Of a stretch of 64,000 nucleotides of DNA, positions 52,973 to 64,000 are shown one piece after another. The notes beneath the pieces are model-generated. The model was not told the origin of the DNA and did not search any database. It saw only the letters and a program-made list of their open reading frames with translations. This DNA is from Octopus sinensis (taxonomy: Eukaryota), in the NCBI RefSeq assembly GCF_006345805.1, contig NC_043005.1, positions 15,810,001-15,874,000 on the forward strand. The letters run 5' to 3'. Position 1 is the first letter of the stretch. Each line of letters opens with the position of its first letter. Both the position numbers and the translations under genes were made by a program.

Positions 52973-53156
52973 TAATCCTCAGTAGGGAGGAGACATTTCA
53001 GGGTTGCTCATTGGAAAAACCCCATAAAATCATGGGTGCCCGACCTACACACACACACATGCATGTGTCTGGGCATAATACATAAGTAACAACATATAAA
53101 GCAAAAACAACATATTCAAGAAGTGAATAAAAAAAAATTAACAAAATAAGCCTCAC

Positions 53157-53264
53157 CTTCTTTCCTTCAATTCCTTCAATTCCCATTGGTCCCATTTCTC
53201 CTTTTCTTCCCTTGTCCCCTCTCCTACCAAAGTCACCCTTTTCTCCATCCAGTCCAAATGATCC
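53157..53264 (-). CDS. Collagen helix exon, 108 bp (contains RGD)
   Basis: GSFGLDGEKGDFGRRGDKGRKGEMGPMGIEGIEGKK; AG/GTGAG. Confidence 0.96.
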
Positions 53265-53485
53265 CTGAAAAAATGCAAACAGAACTTCAGTTTATTGATA
53301 CATCAAGATTTCCTTCACTTTTTATATTCTTTTTACAAGTTTCAGCCCCTAGATTGTGATCATGCTAGGGTACTTTTTATTGAATATAGGTACTTTTTAT
53401 TGAATATAGGAGGTGTATGGTAAAGTCAACCTAGATGTAAAGGGATATAACAAAATATGATGAAGTGTTTTTGTTTGATACTCCA

Positions 53486-53518
<33 letters not shown>

Positions 53519-53738
53519 TGTATGGATGGATGGATGGATGGATTGTTTGAAGAGGTGTGCAGACTTTATATATAAAGAAGAGCAAGGCAGTCAAAATTTG
53601 GATAAAATCTACCTATGGAGTACTTTTGCTCTTTCAGGGATTCATCAAGTATCCCTTAAAAGAATGAAAACACCAAATAAATAGTTTTTACCCAAATTCT
53701 GACTACCTCCTTATTCTGCACATGCATGCACGCACGCG

Positions 53739-53778
<40 letters not shown>

Positions 53779-53783
53779 TATAT

Positions 53784-54078
53784 GTGGAGGCACAATGGCC
53801 CAGTGGTTAGGGTAGTGGACTTGCAGTCAGGGGATTGCGGTTTTCATTCCCAGACTGGGTGTTGTGTGTGTTTATTGAGTGAAAACACCTAAAGCACAAC
53901 GTGGCTCTGGCAGGGTGGGGCGACCCCTGTTGTACTCTTTTGCCCCAACTTTCTCTCACTCTGTCTTCCTGTTTCTTGAGTAATGGTGCGATGGACTAGC
54001 GTCCCGTCCATATGAGGGGAACACATACGCCATTGAAACCGGGAAACCGGGCACATGAACCTGGCTAGGCTTGAAAAG

Positions 54079-54082
<4 letters not shown>
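53784..54082 (+). mobile_element. SINE family A, tail type 3
   Basis: Family A head and core followed by GATGGACTAGCGTCCCGTCCATATGAGGGGAA, ending in (TA)n. Confidence 0.8.
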
Positions 54083-54115
<33 letters not shown>

Positions 54116-54855
54116 GATAGATAGGTATAATGCAATGGGAATGAAATAGATCTTGGTGAATTAAATCAGAAGCACCTCCAAGTATTTATTTTGGCAAACA
54201 AGTTACTTCAAAGAGAGTATTCCAGATCTTTCAACTGGTCAGCAGAGTGGCCCTTATAAACTTAAACAGCTGTTTACTGGTTCCGAATATGCTCTAAATC
54301 CATGTATAATTAGTACATTCCCCACAGTGAATCATTTAGTAAACAAAAAGAATGGATAGGCCAAAACCCCCCTACACACATTTCAATAGCTATTGAAACA
54401 CATGTAATGATGTTTCAAGCTACCCATTTCTCTCTCTCTCTCTATCTCCCACACTCTCTCCGTCTCTCTCTCTCTATATATATATGTATACATATATATA
54501 TATAAGTTTGTATATATATATATATGTATATATATATATAAATATATATAAAATCAAAATAAGCAACAAAGATATCTAGAGGCAACGCAGTACGGTCGTT
54601 TTATGTGATTCCATTTCATTGAACAATGCAAATATTACATCAATTTTAAAATGTAGAGCAATCTTCAGCTGCATAAAAATATAGAATTTAGTTAAATTTG
54701 AAGGATTTATTTGTATAATTTTCTTATTATCCAAAATCACAAAGAGTTTAAGTAGATAGACAAAGAACGTTTCTATGATGTTGTTGATGAAACTATAATT
54801 AATGCTTCACATTACTTATAATTTCATTATAGTTTTGATGAAAATGTCTACTTAC

Positions 54856-54900
54856 CACATCTCCCTTGTCTCCCAAAGAACCTCTTAAACCTCTGTCTCC
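54856..54900 (-). CDS. Collagen helix exon, 45 bp
   Basis: GDRGLRGSLGDKGDV; AG/GTAAG. Confidence 0.96.
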
Positions 54901-55289
54901 CTGGAAAAAAAACAAACAAAAAAAATCAGATTGGCAGAACATTCTGAAAGTAGACACAGCACTGATTAAGTAATATAAAAATAGCAAAGTCAGTGCTAAT
55001 ATATACAGCATGACCAAAAATTTAAATTTATTAAAATTACAGCCTTAATGAGGAGAAAAAATCATTAACTTAATAACTGATTCTGGACAAGAAAACAAGG
55101 AAGATAACCCTGAAAGCATAATGAAGATTAACAGATAGGTTTCTTATAATACTTATTTTACAGTCATTGGTAGTGGCCTGCATTAGCAACAGTGCATCAG
55201 CAGAAGGGGTTATAGGAGAATACATTTTGTTGGATACCTATGGACCCCAACCAATCTCATTCATTTTTTAAAATTATTATTGTGCCTGT

Positions 55290-55478
55290 TTGGCTTTGTG
55301 TCCAATTGGCTTTGTGTCCATTTGGCTTTGTGTCCAATTGGCTTTGTGTCCAATTGGCTTTGTGTCCAATTGGCTTCGTGTCCAGTTGGCTTTGTGTCCA
55401 ATTGGCTTTGTGTCCAATTGGCTTTGTGTCCAATTGGTTTTGTGTCCAATTGGCTTTGTGTCCATTTGGCTTTGTGTC
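55290..55478. repeat. 16-bp minisatellite (TTGGCTTTGTGTCCAA), about 11.8 units
   Basis: Direct count; unit junctions create the palindrome CCAATTGG. Confidence 0.95.
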
Positions 55479-56241
55479 GATTCAGCATTAAATCTGTTTG
55501 GCTTCTTGGCTTTGGCTTCTTGTTCTTCAGCAAAAGTGCATTCAGCATCCTATCCATGCTTACTACAACAATGGTTTCTGTTATTCATAATAAGCAAGAT
55601 GTATATCGTCTCCATCTATAACCATCCATGAACTTTTTCCTTCTCTACCCAACTGATTACCAATTCCAATTTTCCTAAACCCAGCATTAAGTATTTTGAA
55701 ACCAATCATTTTTCTCCAGAACTGAATTCCTTTGGAAGATTGCTCCCTGTCCACATGTTGCTACTGTTTAACACAGGGGAGCCCTGACCAAATTTATATA
55801 TAGTCATTTTGTCCATTTCAAAAAATTTAATCTTAATTTCCAAGCATAATACTGTATGATTATTTTTTAAAGATGATAGTATGTGATTTGAGGGAGATTT
55901 GGCTGTTATTATTTGCAGATCAAGAGACCAATTAGACATTCCCTCAGTTTGTCACTGTCAACATTTTCCCAAAACCAAAAGAGGTTAATGGTAAATACTA
56001 ATTAAATTAATCTAATTGGCCAGAGAGGGTCTATAAAGGTCAGTGGCACCCCATACCCTAACTCTAACTAAATAACAACAAATAAATAAATAAATAGATA
56101 GATAAATAATAAGTTGACCCTTAGCTAGAAAACAGAAACCCTTTTCCTTTAGTTAGCTGAGAGACTTTCTAGATATTTTCTTATTTGTTAATCAGAATAA
56201 TTAAATTAATAATTAGCTGCAAACAAAGAAAATCAACTTAC

Positions 56242-56295
56242 CTTAACTCCCCGTGATCCTGGGTACCCATTAACTCCCTGAGGTCCAATTGAACC
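56242..56295 (-). CDS. Collagen helix exon, 54 bp
   Basis: GSIGPQGVNGYPGSRGVK; AG/GTAAG. Confidence 0.96.
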
Positions 56296-56928
56296 CTGAA
56301 ATGGTAGAAGAAAAATAATGTATTATTAATACAATAAAGACTATGACAGATGGTAAAAATATGAAATGAAAGACCATTCAATGTTACACACGCTAGCATG
56401 GACAAGCAGATTTTAATATAGTGACAATAATAATGATGATTGGCAGCAACGGTGATGATGAGGGTGATGGTCATGATGATGATAAAGAATATTTACAAAA
56501 TATATCATCATTATCATAAATAGATATTGTTTAAGCAAACAAATGATTTTCTTAAAATTAAAATCAAAACAGTTTCACTAAGCATAAAAGTTTGAGTTTA
56601 TGTACCTACACACATGCACACACACATGAGTGAGCTGATGTGGCACTCAATACATTTGATATGAGTTACATTTTTAATGACAGTTTGATTGAGGTTCATA
56701 TGACTTGCATACATTCATTTATACATACCCATACACACACATGCACACACACACACAAGTAATAAGTAACAACTGATTGCCAGGTGTCAATTTATTACAA
56801 CCATCTGTAATGAATTTTTTAATTGATCAACGAGTACATTATATGATTATGCGGCAAAGGCCAGTCTTAGAATCACTAAATATTTATGTGCCATGGATTT
56901 TAAATGTTCTTGATTATAAAATCCATGC

Positions 56929-57014
56929 ATCCACCTGAAGAAGGTGGTTCTTTATAACAGTATAACATACCCATTGATCAATTAAGAAATTTGTTAGAAA
57001 CAGCGGTAATGAAT
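56929..57014 (+). ncRNA. Degenerate hammerhead ribozyme motif
   Basis: AUCCAC-CUGAAGA-(55 nt)-GAAA-CAGCGG-UA-AUGAAU; matches the layout of the 2165 and 35925 motifs but with decayed stems. Confidence 0.45.
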
Positions 57015-57040
57015 TGATACCTGTTCATCAATTGTTACTT

Positions 57041-57162
57041 ACTCTTTTACTCTTTACTTGTTTCAGTCATTTGACTGCAGTCATGCTGGAGCACCACCTT
57101 TAGTTGAGCAAATCGAGCCCAGGACTTATTCTTTGTAAGCCTAGTACTTATTTTATCGGTCC

Positions 57163-57200
<38 letters not shown>

Positions 57201-57328
57201 GCGTGTGTATATGTTTGTGTGTCTGTGTTTGTCCCCCCAACATCGCTTGACAACTGATGCTGGTGTGTTTACGTCCCCGTAACTTAGCGGTTCTGCAAAA
57301 AGAGACCAATAAAATAAGTACTAGGCTT

Positions 57329-57378
<50 letters not shown>

Positions 57379-57543
57379 TACGATGGGCTTCTTTCAGTTT
57401 CCATCTATTAAATCCACTCACAAGGCTTTGGTTGGCCCAAGGCTATAGTAGAAGACACTTGCCCAAGGTGCCACACAGTGGGACTGAACCCGGGACCATG
57501 TGGTTGGTAAGCAAGCTACTTACCACACAGCCACTCCTACGCC
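57041..57543 (-). mobile_element. SINE family B with internal inversion
   Basis: Segment of about 57190-57331 is reversed relative to the other copies and bounded by (TA)n. Confidence 0.85.
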
Positions 57544-57819
57544 TTATATATTTTTAATTCACCTATCTCAGAACATTCCCTTATGTATTCCAAGGTATAT
57601 TATGGACCATATTTTTAATAAAATGTACATGTCTGAATAGCTCAAGAGAGGATTGTATACTCAGTTGAGTCCAGTTAACTCAAATATCATTCTGCATTCT
57701 GCCAGCATTTCTGTACCAGGGCTGGTATTCATTTATAGTTGTTGTATGCATTTTATTAAGACCTAGCCAGGTGCCTCAGCTTTATGCACCATATTCAACT
57801 GAATCTTGTTATATTTCTA

Positions 57820-58760
57820 GTTTCAGCTCATGAGCCGTGGCCATGCTGGGGCACTGCCATTTGATGTTGCTACATAATTTTTACTTCACTAGTTCTTTTT
57901 AGAACTTCACATTTGGTGCATGAGGGAGTTTGATGCCACTGCCCTCATTTGTACTTCCTGTTGTGAAGTTGGTTCATCTGTGACTCTTGATAGTAAGAGA
58001 TCTAGTTTCGTTTAGTAGACATCTACATCCATCCCATGTAGGTCTCTCAGGTCCTTCGAGAGGATATTGAAGAGCTGTGGGTCTTTATAGCCCAGATTAT
58101 CACAATATCTTGTATATTTTGATGGCAAAGTTGGAGTCTTTGGCACTATGCAGTTGGAACCTGTTCTAGCATTAGTGTAACTCTCAATGCCAAAGTTTGG
58201 GACAAATCCCTCTGGGATCTTCCAGACGTATATTACTGCATATCTTTCCCACCTACACTCTAGGGAATAGAGTCTCAATCCCTTGAGTCTTACCCAGTAG
58301 CTTATATGCTGCATAGAAGCTATCTTCTTCGTGTAGCTTCATTGGATTGCCTCAAGTTCTGCAATTAATTTTACACTGATTAGTGACTATAGCTGGGTGC
58401 AATAGTCAAAGCAGATTAGGACAAATGTCCTCCAGAAGACTATCATGGTTTCCTGATCTCTCATTCTAAAAGTTCTAAGAACCCATCTGGTCAGCCACCT
58501 GCATTTCATTGCCAACTTAGCAACATGCACATGGAAGGATGCATCATTACTTATGTAAATGCTCAGGTCACACACTGACTGTATCTCTGGGATTGCAATT
58601 CCTTCAGGTCTAGTGTATTTAATTAGCAATGCATTTAGTTTTGCGTGTCGATAGCATAGGGCTTGAAACTTTTCAGCATTAAACTGCATGCTATTCTTCT
58701 TAGCCTGCTTGTATATTTCATCTAACTGATATTGCATCTTCAGGTGAGACTTTTGTATCA
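57820..58760 (-). mobile_element. CR1-clade LINE 3' remnant (RT C-terminus)
   Basis: MQFNAEKFQAL..DLSIYISNDASFHVHV..WVLRTFRMRD..FDYCTQL; SYWVRLKGLRLYSLECRWERY..PQLFNILSKDLR. Confidence 0.85.
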
Positions 58761-58895
58761 TCTGCATAATTTGTAATCGTGATATATGTATGTATATTCT
58801 GTAATGAATGGTAAGGACAAGATACATAAAAGTATATATACATGTGTGTGTATGTGTGAATGAATGCATAGTAATATAAGAAATGTAAAACTTAC

Positions 58896-58940
58896 AGTTT
58901 CACCTTTCATTCCAACATCACCAGTAATTCCAATAGGTCC
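58896..58940 (-). CDS. Collagen helix exon, 45 bp
   Basis: GPIGITGDVGMKGET; AG/GTAAG. Confidence 0.96.
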
Positions 58941-60719
58941 CTGGAAGAGAAATTTGCAAAGAGAGCATAAATTATTTGAATATGAAAATAAGAATTTTAC
59001 CAAAGAATTTTCTAATATTGGTTTAATATTTTGGCACAAGGCCAGTAACTTTGAGGAAGAGGTAATCAATCACATCAGCTCCAATGTTCAACTGCTATTT
59101 ATTTCATCAACTCTGAAGAGATGAAAGGTAAAGTCAACCTTAGCAGAATTTGAACTCAGAGCATAAAGACAAAAAAAATGTTACTAAGCATTTGCCTGGC
59201 ATGCTAATGATTCTGCCAAGGCACCACCTTAGAAGAATTTTCTCATATTTGGAATTTTTAATCTGTTTTAACAAACAATAAAGTGATAATTTTTTTATAT
59301 TGTAGTTAGTAGGTGATTTTTTTATCTGACATTATGTATTGAAACCGGATCATTTATATCATTCAGGCCAAAAACTCGAGTGCAGAGGGTGCTGCTGCAC
59401 ACCGTTTCTGAATGCAGGAGTCGATGACTTATCAGGCAGTGAGGCAACTCTGTAGTTGTCTAGACATTGGAGCTGGCTGGGACCACCCACTGATGTAGGT
59501 GACAGAACTCCTCACACAACAGTATGAGTTTTGTGACTCGGAGTCAGATGTTTCCACCATCCTTTGTGCTCCTCCTTGCTGAACCACTCGGCCCATCTCA
59601 TGAGCCAGATGTAAATGTTTGCTTTCTCAGAAGCTTCAGATAATTTCCTGGCAACAATTTTTGTGTCCTTTGCAGTTAGTCTAAAACTCCTAAATATCAA
59701 ATGAACCCTGCTTCCAACAAATTCTCTAGCACCTATCTCTAAAGGAAGGTATATTGCTCCCCATCCATTGTTTTCACAGGGTTCATCTAATTCACTGTAA
59801 ACCAGAGTTGTCCTTCACCATATAGTATGATTTAGTTGCATGTACCACCCACTGCCCAATTGTTTACATATTCATGTAGTCTTGAGCAGACACAGACATC
59901 CTCTTAACTCCATCCCACCATCCTACATCAGCAGAACATCCAGGAGGTGGCAGCTGGAAGGAGAAAAGGTTGCACAAGTACTAAGCTGGTGCATATTTTT
60001 CTGCTGAATGAACTAGAGAAACATGAAATGAAGTGCCTTGCTCAAGGATGCAACGTGATACCTACTCTAGGGATTGAACCAACAACTTTACAATCATGAG
60101 TCTATTGCTTCTTCTGACAACTAAGGTCATGTGTCTTCATTGTATCATGTTAGAGTCATATAAGCTATTTTAAATTTGAAAGCATTGTGGTATCAATTTC
60201 TGTTTTAGTTTTCTCTGGTCATTTATATACAATAAATATATAACAGTGGAATAATGCACAATAACATACACTACTATGAAATAAAACAAAAATTATAAAT
60301 ATTATTGCACATGAGTTATTTAAATTTATAATATAGCTTTATAATGATTCACAACTATTGCCATTTGATATATACTGAACTTTAATATTGTCAGCTTTTG
60401 CAACATATTTCTCTTCACCCTTCTGGACTTCAGTGAGTTTAAAAAACTTAAGGATTGGGACTTTGGATTTGCTTGTTACTGTGACTGCTGACTTCCTTTT
60501 AATTAGTGCTTAGATCCTGTTGAGCCTTATAGTTAGAAGAACCTTATATACAAAGCATCCATATTTAGAAATGAATCTAAGCTTTACAGTGTCTACATAA
60601 GAGAGAAGCTCCACTTTATCTGCCATCCCTTCCTATCCTAAGTAAAGAGGCAAAAATCTGTAGGATTGCAACAATAGATAAAATAAAATGATGCAGGTAT
60701 ATAAAGTAGGTATACTTAC

Positions 60720-60818
60720 AGGTGGACCAATTGGCCCTGGTAGACCAGGTAGACCAGGTTTCCCTTGTGGCCCACCAATACCAGGTGGTCCCAAAGGTCC
60801 AGTTGGGCCAGGTGGACC
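60720..60818 (-). CDS. Collagen helix exon, 99 bp
   Basis: [33 protein letters not shown]; AG/GTAAG. Confidence 0.96.
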
Positions 60819-61274
60819 CTAAAAAAGTAATGAAAAATATTTATTAGTTTAAAATAGACATGGCAACAAACATAACACACTTACAGACATCACACACTAC
60901 ATAATGCCTGCTTATGGTTGCTTATCAAATCTTATGAAATCATTTGTAGATCTTTTGATGACTGAATGACTCTCTCTTTGATATATGTAGCTTCAGTTGT
61001 AGACAAGATGATATATATTTGATTGGAGAGGCTTCTCCTGTCTTCTGGTATAATTAGCTGGTAGAGCCCACCATTTAATATGAAAGTGACTACATTTATA
61101 GCTAGAAGCTTCTTTTCTTTGCTCAGGTAGCAATTTTCTTTGGGATATATATAATATGATCTTTAACAGGAATATTGTTAAGTTATATATTCCATAATGC
61201 CAAAATTTGTGTAAAACATTACCTCTTCAAATGCAGCTTAATTCATGGACAGTAATAATTATACTACTATGGCA

Positions 61275-61658
61275 TGGAAGCACTCCGTCGGTTACGACGA
61301 CGAGGGTTCCGGTTGATCCGAATCAACGGAACAGCCTGCTCGTGAAATTAATGTGTAAGTGGCTGAGCACTCCACAGACACATGTACCCTTAACGTAGTT
61401 CTCTGGGATATTCAGCATGACACAGAGAGTGACAAGGCCGGCCCCTTGAAATACAGGTACAACAGAAACAGGAAGTAAGAGTGAGAGAAAGTTGTGGTGA
61501 AAGAGTACAGCAGGGATCACCACCATCCCTGCCGGAGCCTCGTGGAGCTTTAGGTGTTTTCGCTCAATAAACACTCACAATGCCCGGTCTGAGAATCGAA
61601 ACCGCGATCCTATGACTGCGAGTCCGCTGCCCTAACCACTGGGCCATTGCGCCTCCAC
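61275..61658 (-). mobile_element. SINE family A, tail type 1
   Basis: Near-identical to 25797-26202 over its full length. Confidence 0.9.
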
Positions 61659-61898
61659 TGTAAAGCTTATATAGCCATTATTACAGCAATGGATTTGAGG
61701 TTATGTTTCAAATCCTATTTTTTTGTGTTTTTTTTATCTTGCTATGTTATAAAAATCTCTGACAAAAATCAGAGATTTTTCAATTCAGGATTTTGGGAAA
61801 ACACATTTCTTCTTTTTCTTTTCATATTTTCACTCTTGTAGTCATTCAAAAATATCTATGTTGAAAGTATATAGGAAAATAAAATAAATATAACTTAC

Positions 61899-61952
61899 AC
61901 TTGCTCCCTGTGGGCCAGAGGCACCTGGTGCACCATGAGGTCCCCGTGATCC
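61899..61952 (-). CDS. Collagen helix exon, 54 bp
   Basis: GSRGPHGAPGASGPQGAS; AG/GTAAG. Confidence 0.96.
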
Positions 61953-62393
61953 CTTAAAAGAAGAAATAAAAATTTTGAGTTAAGAACAGAAAAGAAGAAA
62001 AAAAAAGTGATAAATTCTTAAACTTTCATTTCAGATGAAGAATTTGAAAATTTTCTCTTTTCAGAATATTGTGATTTGAAGTTGTGTTATAATATTGATG
62101 TAGGTCTTATTGTTCTCTAGCATAAGATATTTTATTGTCAGTATGCAGATTCCTCCAGAAGACTATTGTTGTAATTTAACCCTAGGTCAACTCAGATCTC
62201 ACGTACCTATGGTTAAAAGCATTTTACTTATGACTGTTTTATCTCTTCCATCAACAACTACATTATCCAATGACTCCCTCCATTATTTTGATGCTAACAT
62301 GTAATTTTGAGGATGATCCGCTAATTATTTCTAGCAGATCAAGTGGTCTTATTGACATTCCCTCATTAGCTAAAACATCTCTCATTGGATTAA

Positions 62394-62614
62394 CCCTTTA
62401 GTGTTTGCATAATTCTGCCAAAATTAATGCTTCTTCATCCACATTGTTTTGAACTAATCATGCATTACCTTGTAGCTATGAGATTTTGATGAGGTAGCTG
62501 TTAATTTTTAAAACAATATTGTAGGGTTGGTGTGAGAGACCAGATCTGGCCAATTTGAACATAAAGCAGGCAGAATACTTTTGGCCGGATGTGACCGGTT
62601 TAAATGCTAAAGGG
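62394..62614. mobile_element. piggyBac-like MITE
   Basis: TTAA-CCCTTTAG ... CTAAAGGG-TTAA, 221 bp. Confidence 0.8.
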
Positions 62615-63193
62615 TTAAAGCCAATTATTTTGTTGTTACTGCTGTTGCAGTTTGCTCTGACTGGGTATTTCTGTGATATAGCAGTAACTGAACTGATTGA
62701 ATGAAATATTCAGTTGATGCTTAATACATAAAACAGTTACAGGTCTTGTAAATATTTTTGATGAGGAATAAGAAAATATCTTGACGAGGAATAAGGGAGA
62801 ACTGTTTGAATTACATTGGGAATATACTAAGGTGATATCATGTATAGAATACTTCTTAACAAATGTTTAAAATAATAACTCAAACTCTGAATGAATTTGA
62901 TGAGATAATAAGGAGGCCTGTATGTTGTTGCTGAACCAGAATGATATCTGAACTTGATGATATGGCAGATAAATTTTGACATAAAACAAGTTTCTTCGCA
63001 TGAACTTGTTTTCCTCCAGCATCCTAAAGATGAAAAAGACTACAAATGAATGTGTTTTTATGTGTTTTTATGTCCAGTGGCTAAATACAACTTAACAGTA
63101 TGTGCATGATCAGAAGAAGGAATTACATATGCTTTTCACACCTCATGTGTGTTTCTTTGATGGAATAGAAACAAGATAAAAAGATTTTCTTAC

Positions 63194-63238
63194 TTGATTT
63201 CCTTTTGGTCCAACAGAACCTTCAGCGCCAGGTAAACC
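63194..63238 (-). CDS. Collagen helix exon, 45 bp
   Basis: GLPGAEGSVGPKGNQ; AG/GTAAG. Confidence 0.96.
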
Positions 63239-64000
63239 CTGAAATAAAAACAAGCATTAAAAATTAGTTGATAAAAATAGCAATTTTTTAATTGAACGTA
63301 ATTTTTCCATTTTTATTTGGAAATGTTTAATTCTTTTTTTTAATTCTGTATGCTTGACAATAACACTAGTGAAAATTAACATGAATTCACCATTCTGAAA
63401 TTAAAGCACCCTTATTATTATTATTCTAGACTTAGGTTTTGTTGGAATTCTTGAAACTCTTGGACTTGCTGCCTGCAGTCTCTGGTACCATACTATCTGT
63501 TCTTTTCAATTATCTAATACTTTCCTGATTATTTTGGCTGTGCTGAGGAGGCAAACCTTTTGGGCACTCTATTCTGATTTCTTTTATATTCCTCTTGATA
63601 CCTTCTGCTATTGTCCCCAAGGAACCAACAATAATTGGCATTATCTTCACCATCTTCCTTTTCCACATCTGGGCTATTTCATATTTAAGAGGATTGTATA
63701 TAGCTATTTTTTTAATCTTCCTTCTTGACTATTTATGGGTCAAAGGGTCACACAACATCAGTTATATAGCGCATGTGAAGCACCTTGCCCACCACCACTA
63801 GGTCCAGTTTGTTATCCTCTGGCACCTGATCTGTTTGGATTGGGGAATACCACGGGATTTTGCAGGTCACTGAATCTGCTGCCCTTTGCATTTTGTGCTC
63901 ATATCACATCTTGCCCCTCTCTAGACCCCACTTTTTAAACAGTTTCCAATGTAGCACATTGCTACTTTATTATTATTCATTCTTTTTATCTCTGGTATCT

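Noticed and set aside
54600-54675. Minus-strand CTGAAGA...GAAA next to (TA)n
   Set aside because: Stems I and III do not pair.
55290-55478. Possible CRISPR-like array
   Set aside because: The units are contiguous with no unique spacers, the context is eukaryotic, and there are no cas genes.
55240-55631. Repetitive Cys/Trp-rich ORFs on both strands
   Set aside because: These are a by-product of the 16-bp minisatellite; no splice signals or domain.

Overview
AT-rich, repeat-dense eukaryotic DNA, almost certainly from an octopus: it carries a mitochondrial 16S fragment of octopod type and octopus-like SINE families. The whole window lies inside one minus-strand fibrillar collagen gene. I traced 31 GT-AG, phase-0 exons of 45/54/90/99/108/153 bp (2034 bp, 226 uninterrupted Gly-X-Y triplets), collinear with the clade-B (COL5A1/COL11A1-type) triple helix as I recall it. 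The gene runs off both ends. The introns hold tRNA-derived SINEs, RTE and CR1 LINE remnants, mariner, pogo and piggyBac-type DNA elements, Helitrons, a 16S NUMT and long microsatellites. The most notable unexplained signals are (1) five minimal type-I hammerhead-ribozyme motifs (two core-intact, three mutated) in AT-rich, probably Penelope-like, non-coding cassettes mostly beside (TA)n tracts, and (2) five fold-back or inverted duplications anchored on (TA)n tracts. Exon coordinates were counted by hand. Repeat boundaries are approximate, and family names come from recall, not database searches.
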